Shown here one piece after another: positions 25,169-39,900 of a stretch of 64,000 nucleotides of DNA; position 1 is the stretch's first letter; each line of letters starts with the position of its first letter. Both the position numbers and the translations under genes were made by a program. Location of the stretch: assembly GCA_964057225.1 (NCBI GenBank), contig CAXKVF010000080.1:248001-312000 (forward strand). Direction: 5' to 3'. Source of the stretch: Auanema rhodensis. Its lineage: Eukaryota; Animalia; Nematoda. The notes under the pieces were generated by a model. It was not told where the DNA came from. It saw only the letters and a list, made by a program, of their open reading frames with translations, and ran no database searches.

Positions 25169-27984
25169 ATGTACACGTGATGTGCACTTGGTATGTAACT
25201 CGCTTCACGTGAAAGATAAAGAGATGCGGTTTTCAAAATTAGATTCCCCATGTCCATATTAGTCTAAAAACAAATTTTTATTGATATTGGTGCATGGTAA
25301 CCATGACTTTGAAATTTACGTGAACTTTAATTTATGCTAATTAAATGTACACGTGATGTGCACTTGGTATGTAACTCGCTTCACGTGAAAGATAAAGAGA
25401 TGCGGTTTTCAAAATTAGATTCCCCATGTCCATATTAGTCTAAAAACAAATTTTTATTGATATTGGTGCATGGTAACCATGACTTTGAAATTTACGTGAA
25501 CTTTAATTTATGCTAATTAAATGTACACGTGATGTGCACTTGGTATGTAACTCGCTTCACGTGAAAGATAAAGAGATGCGGTTTTCAAAATTAGATTCCC
25601 CATGTCCATATTAGTCTAAAAACAAATTTTTATTGATATTGGTTCATGGTAACCATGACTTTGAAATTTACGTGAACTTTAATTTATGCTAATTAAATGT
25701 ACACGTGATGTGCACTTGGTATGTAACTCGCTTCACGTGAAAGATAAAGAGATGCGGTTTTCAAAATTAGATTCCCCATGTCCATAATAGTCTAAAAACA
25801 AATTTTTATTGATTTTGGTGCATGGTAACCATGACTTTGAAATTTACGTGAACTTTAATTTATGCTAATTAAATGTACACGTGATGTGCACTTGGTATGT
25901 AACTCGCTTCACGTGAAAGATAAAGAGATGCGGTTTTCAAAATTATATTCCCCATGTCCATATTAGTTTAAAAACAAATTTTTATTGATATTGGTGCATG
26001 GTAACCATGACTTTGAAATTTACGTGAACTTTAATTTATGCTAATTAAATGTACACGTGATGTGCACTTGGTATGTAACTCGCTTCACGTGAAAGATAAA
26101 GAGATGCGGTTTTCAAAATTAGATTCCCCATGTCCATATTAGTCTAAAAACAAATTTTTATTGATATTGGTTCATGGTAACCATGACTTTGAAATTTACG
26201 TGAACTTTAATTTATGCTAATTAAATGTACACGTGATGTGCACTTGGTATGTAACTCGCTTCACGTGAAAGATAAAGAGATGCGGTTTTCAAAATTAGAT
26301 TCCCCATGTCCATATTAGTCTAAAAACAAATTTTTATTGATATTGGTGCATGGTAACCATGACTTTGAAATTTACGTGAACTTTAATTTATGCTAATTAA
26401 ATGTACACGTGATGTGCACTTGGTATGTAACTCGCTTCACGTGAAAGATGAAGAGATGCGGTTTTCAAAATTAGATTCCCCATGTCCATATTAGTCTAAA
26501 AACAAATTTTTATTGATATTGGTGCATGGTAACCATGACTTTGAAATTTACGTGAACTTTAATTTATGCTAATTAAATGTACACGTGATGTGCACTTGGT
26601 ATGTAACTCGCTTCACGTGAAAGATAAAGAGATGCGGTTTTCAAAATTAGATTCCCCATGTCCATATTAGTCTAAAAACAAATTTTTATTGATATTGGTG
26701 CATGGTAACCATGACTTTGAAATTTACGTGAACTTTAATTTATGCTAATTAAATGTACACGTGATGTGCACTTGGTATGTAACTCGCTTCACGTGAAAGA
26801 TAAAGAGATGCGGTTTTCAAAATTAGATTCCCCATGTCCATATTAGTCTAAAAACAAATTTTTATTGATATTGGTGCATGGTAACCATGACTTTGAAATT
26901 TACGTGAACTTTAATTTATGCTAATTAAATGTACACGTGATGTGCACTTGGTATGTAACTCGCTTCACGTGAAAGATAAAGAGATGCGGTTTTCAAAATT
27001 AGATTCCCCATGTCCATATTAGTCTAAAAACAAATTTTTATTGATATTGGTTCATGGTAACCATGACTTTGAAATTTACGTGAACTTTAATTTATGCTAA
27101 TTAAATGTACACGTGATGTGCACTTGGTATGTAACTCGCTTCACGTGAAAGATAAAGAGATGCGGTTTTCAAAATTAGATTCCCCATGTCCATAATAGTC
27201 TAAAAACAAATTTTTATTGATTTTGGTGCATGGTAACCATGACTTTGAAATTTACGTGAACTTTAATTTATGCTAATTAAATGTACACGTGATGTGCACT
27301 TGGTATGTAACTCGCTTCACGTGAAAGATAAAGAGATGCGGTTTTCAAAATTATATTCCCCATGTCCATATTAGTTTAAAAACAAATTTTTATTGATATT
27401 GGTGCATGGTAACCATGACTTTGAAATTTACGTGAACTTTAATTTATGCTAATTAAATGTACACGTGATGTGCACTTGGTATGTAACTCGCTTCACGTGA
27501 AAGATAAAGAGATGCGGTTTTCAAAATTAGATTCCCCATGTCCATATTAGTCTAAAAACAAATTTTTATTGATATTGGTTCATGGTAACCATGACTTTGA
27601 AATTTACGTGAACTTTAATTTATGCTAATTAAATGTACACGTGATGTGCACTTGGTATGTAACTCGCTTCACGTGAAAGATAAAGAGATGCGGTTTTCAA
27701 AATTAGATTCCCCATGTCCATATTAGTCTAAAAACAAATTTTTATTGATATTGGTGCATGGTAACCATGACTTTGAAATTTACGTGAACTTTAATTTATG
27801 CTAATTAAATGTACACGTGATGTGCACTTGGTATGTAACTCGCTTCACGTGAAAGATGAAGAGATGCGGTTTTCAAAATTAGATTCCCCATGTCCATATT
27901 AGTCTAAAAACAAATTTTTATTGATATTGGTTCATGGTAACCATGACTTTGAAATTTACGTGAACTTTAATTTATGCTAATTAA
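25169..27984. repeat. 8-mer (1408 bp) tandem duplication
   Basis: T91A+A118T monomers at 25697 and 27105, each followed by G74T+C96T, GGTT, GGTG and A50G monomers. Confidence 0.88.
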
Positions 27985-30900
27985 ATGTACACGTGATGTG
28001 CACTTGGTATGTAACTCGCTTCACGTGAAAGATAAAGAGATGCGGTTTTCAAAATTAGATTCCCCATGTCCATATTAGTCTAAAAACAAATTTTTATTGA
28101 TATTGGTGCATGGTAACCATGACTTTGAAATTTACGTGAACTTTAATTTATGCTAATTAAATGTACACGTGATGTGCACTTGGTATGTAACTCGCTTCAC
28201 GTGAAAGATGAAGAGATGCGGTTTTCAAAATTAGATTCCCCATGTCCATATTAGTCTAAAAACAAATTTTTATTGATATTGGTGCATGGTAACCATGACT
28301 TTGAAATTTACGTGAACTTTAATTTATGCTAATTAAATGTACACGTGATGTGCACTTGGTATGTAACTCGCTTCACGTGAAAGATAAAGAGATGCGGTTT
28401 TCAAAATTATATTCCCCATGTCCATATTAGTTTAAAAACAAATTTTTATTGATATTGGTGCATGGTAACCATGACTTTGAAATTTACGTGAACTTTAATT
28501 TATGCTAATTAAATGTACACGTGATGTGCACTTGGTATGTAACTCGCTTCACGTGAAAAATAAAGAGATGCGGTTTTCAAAATTAGATTCCCCATGTCCA
28601 TATTAGTCTAAAAACAAATTTTTATTGATATTGGTTCATGGTAACCATGACTTTGAAATTTACGTGAACTTTAATTTATGCTAATTAAATGTACACGTGA
28701 TGTGCACTTGGTATGTAACTCGCTTCACGTGAAAAATAAAGAGATGCGGTTTTCAAAATTAGATTCCCCATGTCCATATTAGTCTAAAAACAAATTTTTA
28801 TTGATATTGGTTCATGGTAACCATGACTTTGAAATTTACGTGAACTTTAATTTATGCTAATTAAATGTACACGTGATGTGCACTTGGTATGTAACTCGCT
28901 TCACGTGAAAAATAAAGAGATGCGGTTTTCAAAATTAGATTCCCCATGTCCATATTAGTCTAAAAACAAATTTTTATTGATATTGGTTCATGGTAACCAT
29001 GACTTTGAAATTTACGTGAACTTTAATTTATGCTAATTAAATGTACACGTGATGTGCACTTGGTATGTAACTCGCTTCACGTGAAAGATGAAGAGATGCG
29101 GTTTTCAAAATTAGATTCCCCCTGTCCATATTAGTCTAAAAACAAATTTTTATTGATATTGCTTCATGGTAACCATGACTTTGAAATTTACGTGAACTTT
29201 AATTTATGCTAATTAAATGTACACGTGATGTGCACTTGGTATGTAACTCGCTTCACGTGAAAGATAAAGAGATGCGGTTTTCAAAATTAGATTCCCCATG
29301 TCCATATTAGTCTAAAAACAAATTTTTATTGATATTGCTTCATGGTAACCATGACTTTGAAATTTACGTGAACTTTAATTTATGCTAATTAAATGTACAC
29401 GTGATGTGCACTTGGTATGTAACTCGCTTCACGTGAAAGATAAAGAGATGCGGTTTTCAAAATTAGATTCCCCCTGTCCATATTAGTCTAAAAACAAATT
29501 TTTATTGATATTGCTTCATGGTAACCATGACTTTGAAATTTACGTGAACTTTAATTTATGCTAATTAAATGTACACGTGATGTGCACTTGGTATGTAACT
29601 CGCTTCACGTGAAAGATAAAGAGATGCGGTTTTCAAAATTAGATTCCCCATGTCCATATTAGTCTAAAAACAAATTTTTATTGATATTGGTTCATGGTAA
29701 CCATGACTTTGAAATTTACGTGAACTTTAATTTATGCTAATTAAATGTACACGTGATGTGCACTTGGTATGTAACTCGCTTCACGTGAAAGATAAAGAGA
29801 TGCGGTTTTCAAAATTAGATTCCCCATGTCCATATTAGTCTAAAAACAAATTTTTATTGATATTGGTTCATGGTAACCATGACTTTGAAATTTACGTGAA
29901 CTTTAATTTATGCTAATTAAATGTACACGTGATGTGCACTTGGTATGTAACTCGCTTCACGTGAAAGATAAAGAGATGCGGTTTTCAAAATTAGATTCCC
30001 CATGTCCATATTAGTCTAAAAACAAATTTTTATTGATATTGGTGCATGGTAACCATGACTTTGAAATTTACGTGAACTTTAATTTATGCTAATTAAATGT
30101 ACACGTGATGTGCACTTGGTATGTAACTCGCTTCACGTGAAAGATAAAGAGATGCGGTTTTCAAAATTAGATTCCCCATGTCCATATTAGTCTAAAAACA
30201 AATTTTTATTGATATTGGTGCATGGTAACCATGACTTTGAAATTTACGTGAACTTTAATTTATGCTAATTAAATGTACACGTGATGTGCACTTGGTATGT
30301 AACTCGCTTCACGTGAAAGATAAAGAGATGCGGTTTTGAAAATTAGATTCCCCATGTCCATATTAGTCTAAAAACAAATTTTTATTGATATTGGTTCATG
30401 GTAACCATGACTTTGAAATTTACGTGAACTTTAATTTATGCTAATTAAATGTACACGTGATGTGCACTTGGTATGTAACTCGCTTCACGTGAAAGATAAA
30501 GAGATGCGGTTTTCAAAATTAGATTCCCCATGTCCATATTAGTCTAAAAACAAATTTTTATTGATATTGGTGCATGGTAACCATGACTTTGAAATTTACG
30601 TGAACTTTAATTTATGCTAATTAAATGTACACGTGATGTGCACTTGGTATGTAACTCGCTTCACGTGAAAGATGAAGAGATGCGGTTTTCAAAATTAGAT
30701 TTCCCATGTCCATATTAGTCTAAAAACAAATTTTTATTGATATTGGTGCATGGTAACCATGACTTTGAAATTTACGTGAACTTTAATTTATGCTAATTAA
30801 ATGTACACGTGATGTGCACTTGGTATGTAACTCGCTTCACGTGAAAGATGAAGAGATGCGGTTTTCAAAATTAGATTCCCCATGTCCATATTAGTCTACA

Positions 30901-33900
30901 AACAAATTTTTATTGATATTGGTGCATGGTAACCATGACTTTGAAATTTACGTGAACTTTAATTTATGCTAATTAAATGTACACGTGATGTGCACTTGGT
31001 ATGTAACTCGCTTCACGTGAAAGATGGAGAGATGCGGTTTTCAAAATTAGATTCCCCATGTCCATATTAGTCTAAAAACAAATTTTTATTGATATTGGTG
31101 CATGGTAACCATGACTTTGAAATTTACGTGAACTTTAATTTATGCTAATTAAATGTACACGTGATGTGCACTTGGTATGTAACTCGCTTCACGTGAAAGA
31201 TAAAGAGATGCGGTTTTCAAAATTATATTCCCCATGTCCATATTAGTTTAAAAACAAATTTTTATTGATATTGGTGCATGGTAACCATGACTTTGAAATT
31301 TACGTGAACTTTAATTTATGCTAATTAAATGTACACGTGATGTGCACTTGGTATGTAACTCGCTTCACGTGAAAAATAAAGAGATGCGGTTTTCAAAATT
31401 AGATTCCCCATGTCCATATTAGTCTAAAAACAAATTTTTATTGATATTGGTTCATGGTAACCATGACTTTGAAATTTACGTGAACTTTAATTTATGCTAA
31501 TTAAATGTACACGTGATGTGCACTTGGTATGTAACTCGCTTCACGTGAAAAATAAAGAGATGCGGTTTTCAAAATTAGATTCCCCATGTCCATATTAGTC
31601 TAAAAACAAATTTTTATTGATATTGGTTCATGGTAACCATGACTTTGAAATTTACGTGAACTTTAATTTATGCTAATTAAATGTACACGTGATGTGCACT
31701 TGGTATGTAACTCGCTTCACGTGAAAAATAAAGAGATGCGGTTTTCAAAATTAGATTCCCCATGTCCATATTAGTCTAAAAACAAATTTTTATTGATATT
31801 GGTTCATGGTAACCATGACTTTGAAATTTACGTGAACTTTAATTTATGCTAATTAAATGTACACGTGATGTGCACTTGGTATGTAACTCGCTTCACGTGA
31901 AAGATAAAGAGATGCGGTTTTCAAAATTAGATTCCCCATGTCCATATTAGTCTAAAAACAAATTTTTATTGATATTGGTGCATGGTAACCATGACTTTGA
32001 AATTTACGTGAACTTTAATTTATGCTAATTAAATGTACACGTGATGTGCACTTGGTATGTAACTCGCTTCACGTGAAAGATGAAGAGATGCGGTTTTCAA
32101 AATTAGATTCCCCATGTCCATATTAGTCTAAAAACAAATTTTTATTAATATTGGTGCATGGTAACCATGACTTTGAAATTTACGTGAACTTTAATTTATG
32201 CTAATTAAATGTACACGTGATGTGCACTTGGTATGTAACTCGCTTCACGTGAAAGATAAAGAGATGCGGTTTTCAAAATTAGATTCCCCATGTCCATATT
32301 AGTCTAAAAACAAATTTTTATTAATATTGGTTCATGGTAACCATGACTTTGAAATTTACGTGAACTTTAATTTATGCTAATTAAATGTACACGTGATGTG
32401 CACTTGGTATGTAACTCGCTTCACGTGAAAGATAAAGAGATGCGGTTTTCAAAATTAGATTCCCCATGTCCATATTAGTCTAAAAACAAATTTTTATTGA
32501 TATTGGTTCATGGTAACCATGACTTTGAAATTTACGTGAACTTTAATTTATGCTAATTAAATGTACACGTGATGTGCACTTGGTATGTAACTCTTCACGT
32601 GAAAGATAAAGAGATGCGGTTTTCAAAATTAGATTCCCCATGTCCATATTAGTCTAAAAACAAATTTTTATTGATATTGGTTCATGGTAACCATGACTTT
32701 GAAATTTACGTGAACTTTAATTTATGCTAATTAAATGTACACGTGATGTGCACTTGGTATGTAACTCGCTTCACGTGAAAAATAAAGAGATGCGGTTTTC
32801 AAAATTAGATTCCCCATGTCCATATTAGTCTAAAAACAAATTTTTATTGATATTGGTTCATGGTAACCATGACTTTGAAATTTACGTGAACTTTAATTTA
32901 TGCTAATTAAATGTACACGTGATGTGCACTTGGTATGTAACTCGCTTCACGTGAAAGATAAAGAGATGCGGTTTTCAAAATTAGATTCCCCATGTCCATA
33001 TTAGTCTAAAAACAAATTTTTATTGATATTGGTGCATGGTAACCATGACTTTGAAATTTACGTGAACTTTAATTTATGCTAATTAAATGTACACGTGATG
33101 TGCACTTGGTATGTAACTCGCTTCACGTGAAAGATAAAGAGATGCGGTTTTCAAAATTAGATTCCCCATGTCCATATTAGTCTAAAAACAAATTTTTATT
33201 GATATTGGTGCATGGTAACCATGACTTTGAAATTTACGTGAACTTTAATTCATGCTAATTAAATGTACACGTGATGTGCACTTGGTATGTAACTTGCTTC
33301 ACGTGAAAGATAAAGAGATGCGGTTTTCAAAATTAGATTCCCCATGTCCATATTAGTCTAAAAACAAATTTTTATTGATATTGGTGCATGGTAACCATGA
33401 CTTTGAAATTTACGTGAACTTTAATTTATGCTAATTAAATGTACACGTGATGTGCACTTGGTATATAACTCGCTTCACGTGAAAGATGAAGAGATGCGGT
33501 TTTCAAAATTAGATTCCCCATGTCCATATTAGTTTAAAAACAAATTTTTATTGATATTGGTGCATGGTAACCATGACTTTGAAATTTACGTGAACTTTAA
33601 TTTATGCTAATTAAATGTACACGTGATGTGCACTTGGTATGTAACTCGCTTCACGTGAAAGATAAAGAGATGCGGTTTTCAAAATTAGATTCCCCATGTC
33701 CATATTAGTCTAAAAACAAATTTTTATTGATATTGGTTCATGCTAACCATGACTTTGAAATTTACGTGAACTTTAATTTATGCTAATTAAATGTACACGT
33801 GATGTGCACTTGGTATGTAACTCGCTTCACGTGAAAGATAAAGAGATGCGGTTTTCAAAATTAGATTCCCCCTGTCCATATTAGTTTAAAAACAAATTTT

Positions 33901-36900
33901 TATTGATATTGGTGCATGGTAACCATGACTTTGAAATTTACGTGAACTTTAATTTATGCTAATTAAATTTACACGTGATGTGCACTTGGTATGTAACTCG
34001 CTTCACGTGAAAGAAGAAGAGATGCGGTTTTCAAAATTAGATTCCCCATGTCCATATTAGTCTAAAAACAAATTTTTATTGATATTGGTTCATGGTAACC
34101 ATGACTTTGAAATTTACGTGAACTTTAATTTATGCTAATTAAATGTACACGTGATGTGCACTTGGTATGTAACTCGCTTCACGTGAAAGATAAAGAGATG
34201 CGGTTTTCAAAATTAGATTCCCCATGTCCATATTAGTCTAAAAACAAATTTTTATTGATATTGGTTCATGGTAACCATGACTTTGAAATTTACGTGAACT
34301 TTAATTTATGCTAATTAAATGTACACGTGATGTGCACTTGGTATGTAACTCGCTTCACGTGAAAGATAAAGAGATGCGGTTTTCAAAATTAGATTCCCCA
34401 TGTCCATATTAGTCTAAAAACAAATTTTTATTGATATTGCTTCATGGTAACCATGACTTTGAAATTTACGTGAACTTTAATTTATGCTAATTAAATGTAC
34501 ACGTGATGTGCACTTGGTATGTAACTCGCTTCACGTGAAAGATAAAGAGATGCGGTTTTCAAAATTAGATTCCCCCTGTCCATATTAGTCTAAAAACAAA
34601 TTTTTATTGATATTGCTTCATGGTAACCATGACTTTGAAATTTACGTGAACTTTAATTTATGCTAATTAAATGTACACGTGATGTGCACTTGGTATGTAA
34701 CTCGCTTCACGTGAAAGATAAAGAGATGCGGTTTTCAAAATTAGATTCCCCATGTCCATATTAGTCTAAAAACAAATTTTTATTGATATTGCTTCATGGT
34801 AACCATGACTTTGAAATTTACGTGAACTTTAATTTATGCTAATTAAATGTACACGTGATGTGCACTTGGTATGTAACTCGCTTCACGTGAAAGATAAAGA
34901 GATGCGGTTCAAAATTAGATTCCCCATGTCCATATTAGTCTAAAAACAAATTTTTATTGATATTGGTGCATGGTAACCATGACTTTGAAATTTACGTGAA
35001 CTTTAATTTATGCTAATTAAATGTACACGTGATGTGCACTTGGTATGTAACTCGCTTCACGTGAAAGATAAAGAGATGCGGTTTTCAAAATTAGATTCCC
35101 CATGTCCATATTAGTCTAAAAACAAATTTTTATTGATATTGGTTCATGGTAACCATGACTTTGAAATTTACGTGAACTTTAATTTATGCTAATTAAATGT
35201 ACACGTGATGTGCACTTGGTATGTAACTCGCTTCACGTGAAAGATAAAGAGATGCGGTTTTCAAAATTAGATTCCCATGTCCATATTAGTCTAAAAACAA
35301 ATTTTTATTGATATTGGTTCATGGTAACCATGACTTTGAAATTTACGTGAACTTTAATTTATGCTAATTAAATGTACACGTGATGTGCACTTGTTATGTA
35401 ACTCGCTTCACGTGAAAGATAAAGAAATGCGGTTTTCAAAATTAGATTCCCCATGTCCATATTAGTCTAAAAACAAATTTTTATTGATATTGGTGCATGG
35501 TAACCATGACTTTGAAATTTACGTGAACTTTAATTTATGCTAATTAAATGTACACGTGATGTGCACTTGGTATGTAACTCGCTTCACGTGAAAGATAAAG
35601 AGATGCGGTTTTCAAAATTAGATTCCCCATGTCCATATTAGTCTAAAAACAAATTTTTATTGATATTGGTGCATGGTAACCATGACTTTGAAATTTACGT
35701 GAACTTTAATTTATGCTAATTAAATGTACACGTGATGTGCACTTGGTATGTAACTCGCTTCACGTGAAAGATGAAGAGATGCGGTTTTCAAAATTAGATT
35801 CCCCATGTCCATATTAGTCTAAAAACAAATTTTTATTGATATTGGTGCATGGTAACCATGACTTTGAAATTTACGTGAACTTTAATTTATGCTAATTAAA
35901 TGTACACGTGATGTGCACTTGGTATGTAACTCGCTTCACGTGAAAGATAAAGAGATGCGGTTTTCAAAATTAGATTCCCCATGTCCATATTAGTCTAAAA
36001 ACAAATTTTTATTGATATTAGTTCATGGTAACCATGACTTTGAAATTTACGTGAACTTTAATTTATGCTAATTAAATGTACAAGTGATGTGCACTTGGTA
36101 TGTAACTCGCTTCACGTGAAAGATAAAGAGATGCGGTTTTCAAAATTAGATTCCCCATGTCCATATTAGTCTAAAAACAAAGTTTTATTGATATTGGTGC
36201 ATGGTAACCATGACTTTGAAATTTACGTGAACTTTAATTTATGCTAATTAAATGTACACGTGATGTGCACTTGGTATGTAACTCGCTTCACGTGAAAGAT
36301 AAAGAGATGCGGTTTTCAAAATTAGATTCCTCATGTCCATATTAGTCTAAAAACAAATTTTTATTGATATTGGTGCATGGTAACCATGACTTTGAAATTT
36401 ACGTGAACTTTAATTTATGCTAATTAAATGTACACGTGATGTGCACTTGGTATGTAACTCGCTTCACGTGAAAGATGAAGAGATGCGGTTTTCAAAATTA
36501 GATTCCCCATGTCCATATTAGTCTAAAAACAAATTTTTATTGATATTGGTGCATGGTAACCATGACTTTGAAATTTACGTGAACTTTAATTTATGCTAAT
36601 TAAATGTACACGTGATGTGCACTTGGTATGTAACTCGCTTCACGTGAAAGATAAAGAGATGCGGTTTTCAAAATTAGATTCCCCATGTCCATATTAGTCT
36701 AAAAACAAATTTTTATTGATATTGGTGCATGGTAACCATGACTTTGAAATTTACGTGAACTTTAATTTATGCTAATTAAATGTACACGTGATGTGCACTT
36801 GGTATGTAACTCGCTTCACGTGAAAGATAAAGAGATGCGGTTTTCAAAATTAGATTCCCCATGTCCATATTAGTCTAAAAACAAATTTTTATTGATATTG

Positions 36901-39900
36901 GTGCATGGTAACCATGACTTTGAAATTTACGTGAACTTTAATTTATGCTAATTAAATGTACACGTGATGTGCACTTGGTATGTAACTCGCTTCACGTGAA
37001 AGATGAAGAGATGCGGTTTTCAAAATTAGATTCCCCATGTCCATATTAGTCTAAAAACAAATTTTTATTGATATTGTTGCATGGTAACCATGACTTTGAA
37101 ATTTACGTGAACTTTAATTTATGCTAATTAAATGTACACGTGATGTGCACTTGGTATGTAACTCGCTTCACGTGAAAGATAAAGAGATGCGGTTTTCAAA
37201 ATTAGATTCCCCATGTCCATATTAGTCTAAAAACAAATTTTTATTGATATTGGTTCATGGTAACCATGACTTTGAAATTTACGTGAACTTTAATTTATGC
37301 TAATTAAATGTACACGTGATGTGCACTTGGTATGTAACTCGCTTCACGTGAAAGATAAAGAGATGCGGTTTTCAAAATTAGATTCCCCATGTCCATATTA
37401 GTCTAAAAACAAATTTTTATTGATATTAGTTCATGGTAACCATGACTTTGAAATTTACGTGAACTTTAATTTATGCTAATTAAATGTACACGTGATGTGC
37501 ACTTGGTATGTAACTCGCTTCACGTGAAAGATAAAGAGATGCGGTTTTCAAAATTAGATTCCCCATGTCCATATTAGTCTAAAAACAAATTTTTATTGAT
37601 ATTGGTTCATGGTAACCATGACTTTGAAATTTACGTGAACTTTAATTTATGCTAATTAAATGTACACGTGATGTGCACTTGGTATGTAACTCGCTTCACG
37701 TGAAAGATAAAGAGATGCGGTTTTCAAAATTAGATTCCCCATGTCCATATTAGTCTAAAAACAAATTTTTATTGATATTAGTTCATGGTAACCATGACTT
37801 TGAAATTTACGTGAACTTTAATTTATGCTAATTAAATGTACACGTGATGTGCACTTGGTATGTAACTCGCTTCACGTGAAAGATAAAGAGATGCGGTTTT
37901 CAAAATTAGATTCCCCATGTCCATATTAGTCTAAAAACAAATTTTTATTGATATTGGTTCATGGTAACCATGACTTTGAAATTTACGTGAACTTTAATTT
38001 ATGCTAATTAAATGTACACGTGATGTGCACTTGGTATGTAACTCGCTTCACGTGAAAGATAAAGAGATGCGGTTTTCAAAATTAGATTCCCCATGTCCAT
38101 ATTAGTCTAAAAACAAATTTTTATTGATATTGGTGCATGGTAACCATGACTTTGAAATTTACGTGAACTTTAATTTATGCTAATTAAATGTACACGTGAT
38201 GTGCACTTGGTATGTAACTCGCTTCACGTGAAAGATGAAGAGATGCGGTTTTCAAAATTAGATTCCCCATGTCCATATTAGTCTAAAAACAAATTTTTAT
38301 TGATATTGGTGCATGGTAACCATGACTTTGAAATTTACGTGAACTTTAATTTATGCTAATTAAATGTACACGTGATGTGCACTTGGTATGTAACTCGCTT
38401 CACGTGAAAGATAAAGAGATGCGGTTTTCAAAATTAGATTCCCCATGTCCATATTAGTCTAAAAACAAATTTTTATTGATATTGGTGCATGGTAACCATG
38501 ACTTTGAAATTTACGTGAACTTTAATTTATGCTAATTAAATGTACACGTGATGTGCACTTGGTATGTAATTCGCTTCACGTGAAAGATGAAGAGATGCGG
38601 TTTTCAAAATTAGATTCCTCATGTCCATATTAGTCTAAAAACAAATTTTTATTGATATTGGTGCATGGTAACCATGACTTTGAAATTTACGTGAACTTTA
38701 ATTTATGCTAATTAAATGTACACGTGATGTGCACTTGGTATGTAACTCGCTTCACGTGAAAGATAAAGAGATGCGGTTTTCAAAATTAGATTCCCCATGT
38801 CCATATTAGTCTAAAAACAAATTTTTATTGATATTAGTTCATGGTAACCATGACTTTGAAATTTACGTGAACTTTAATTTATGCTAATTAAATGTACAAG
38901 TGATGTGCACTTGGTATGTAACTCGCTTCACGTGAAAGATAAAGAGATGCGGTTTTCAAAATTAGATTCCCCATGTCCATATTAGTCTAAAAACAAATTT
39001 TTATTGATATTGGTGCATGGTAACCATGACTTTGAAATTTACGTGAACTTTAATTTATGCTAATTAAATGTACACGTGATGTGCACTTGGTATGTAACTC
39101 GCTTCACGTGAAAGATAAAGAGATGCGGTTTTCAAAATTAGATTCCTCATGTCCATATTAGTCTAAAAACAAATTTTTATTGATATTGGTGCATGGTAAC
39201 CATGACTTTGAAATTTACGTGAACTTTAATTTATGCTAATTAAATGTACACGTGATGTGCACTTGGTATGTAACTCGCTTCACGTGAAAGATGAAGAGAT
39301 GCGGTTTTCAAAATTAGATTCCCCATGTCCATATTAGTCTAAAAACAAATTTTTATTGATATTGGTGCATGGTAACCATGACTTTGAAATTTACGTGAAC
39401 TTTAATTTATGCTAATTAAATGTACACGTGATGTGCACTTGGTATGTAACTCGCTTCACGTGAAAGATAAAGAGATGCGGTTTTCAAAATTAGATTCCCC
39501 ATGTCCATATTAGTCTAAAAACAAATTTTTATTGATATTGGTGCATGGTAACCATGACTTTGAAATTTACGTGAACTTTAATTTATGCTAATTAAATGTA
39601 CACGTGATGTGCACTTGGTATGTAACTCGCTTCACGTGAAAGATAAAGAGATGCGGTTTTCAAAATTAGATTCCCCATGTCCATATTAGTCTAAAAACAA
39701 ATTTTTATTGATATTGGTTCATGGTAACCATGACTTTGAAATTTACGTGAACTTTAATTTATGCTAATTAAATGTACACGTGATGTGCACTTGGTATGTA
39801 ACTCGCTTCACGTGAAAGATAAAGAGATGCGGTTTTCAAAATTAGATTCCCCATGTCCATATTAGTCTAAAAACAAATTTTTATTGATATTGGTGCATGG

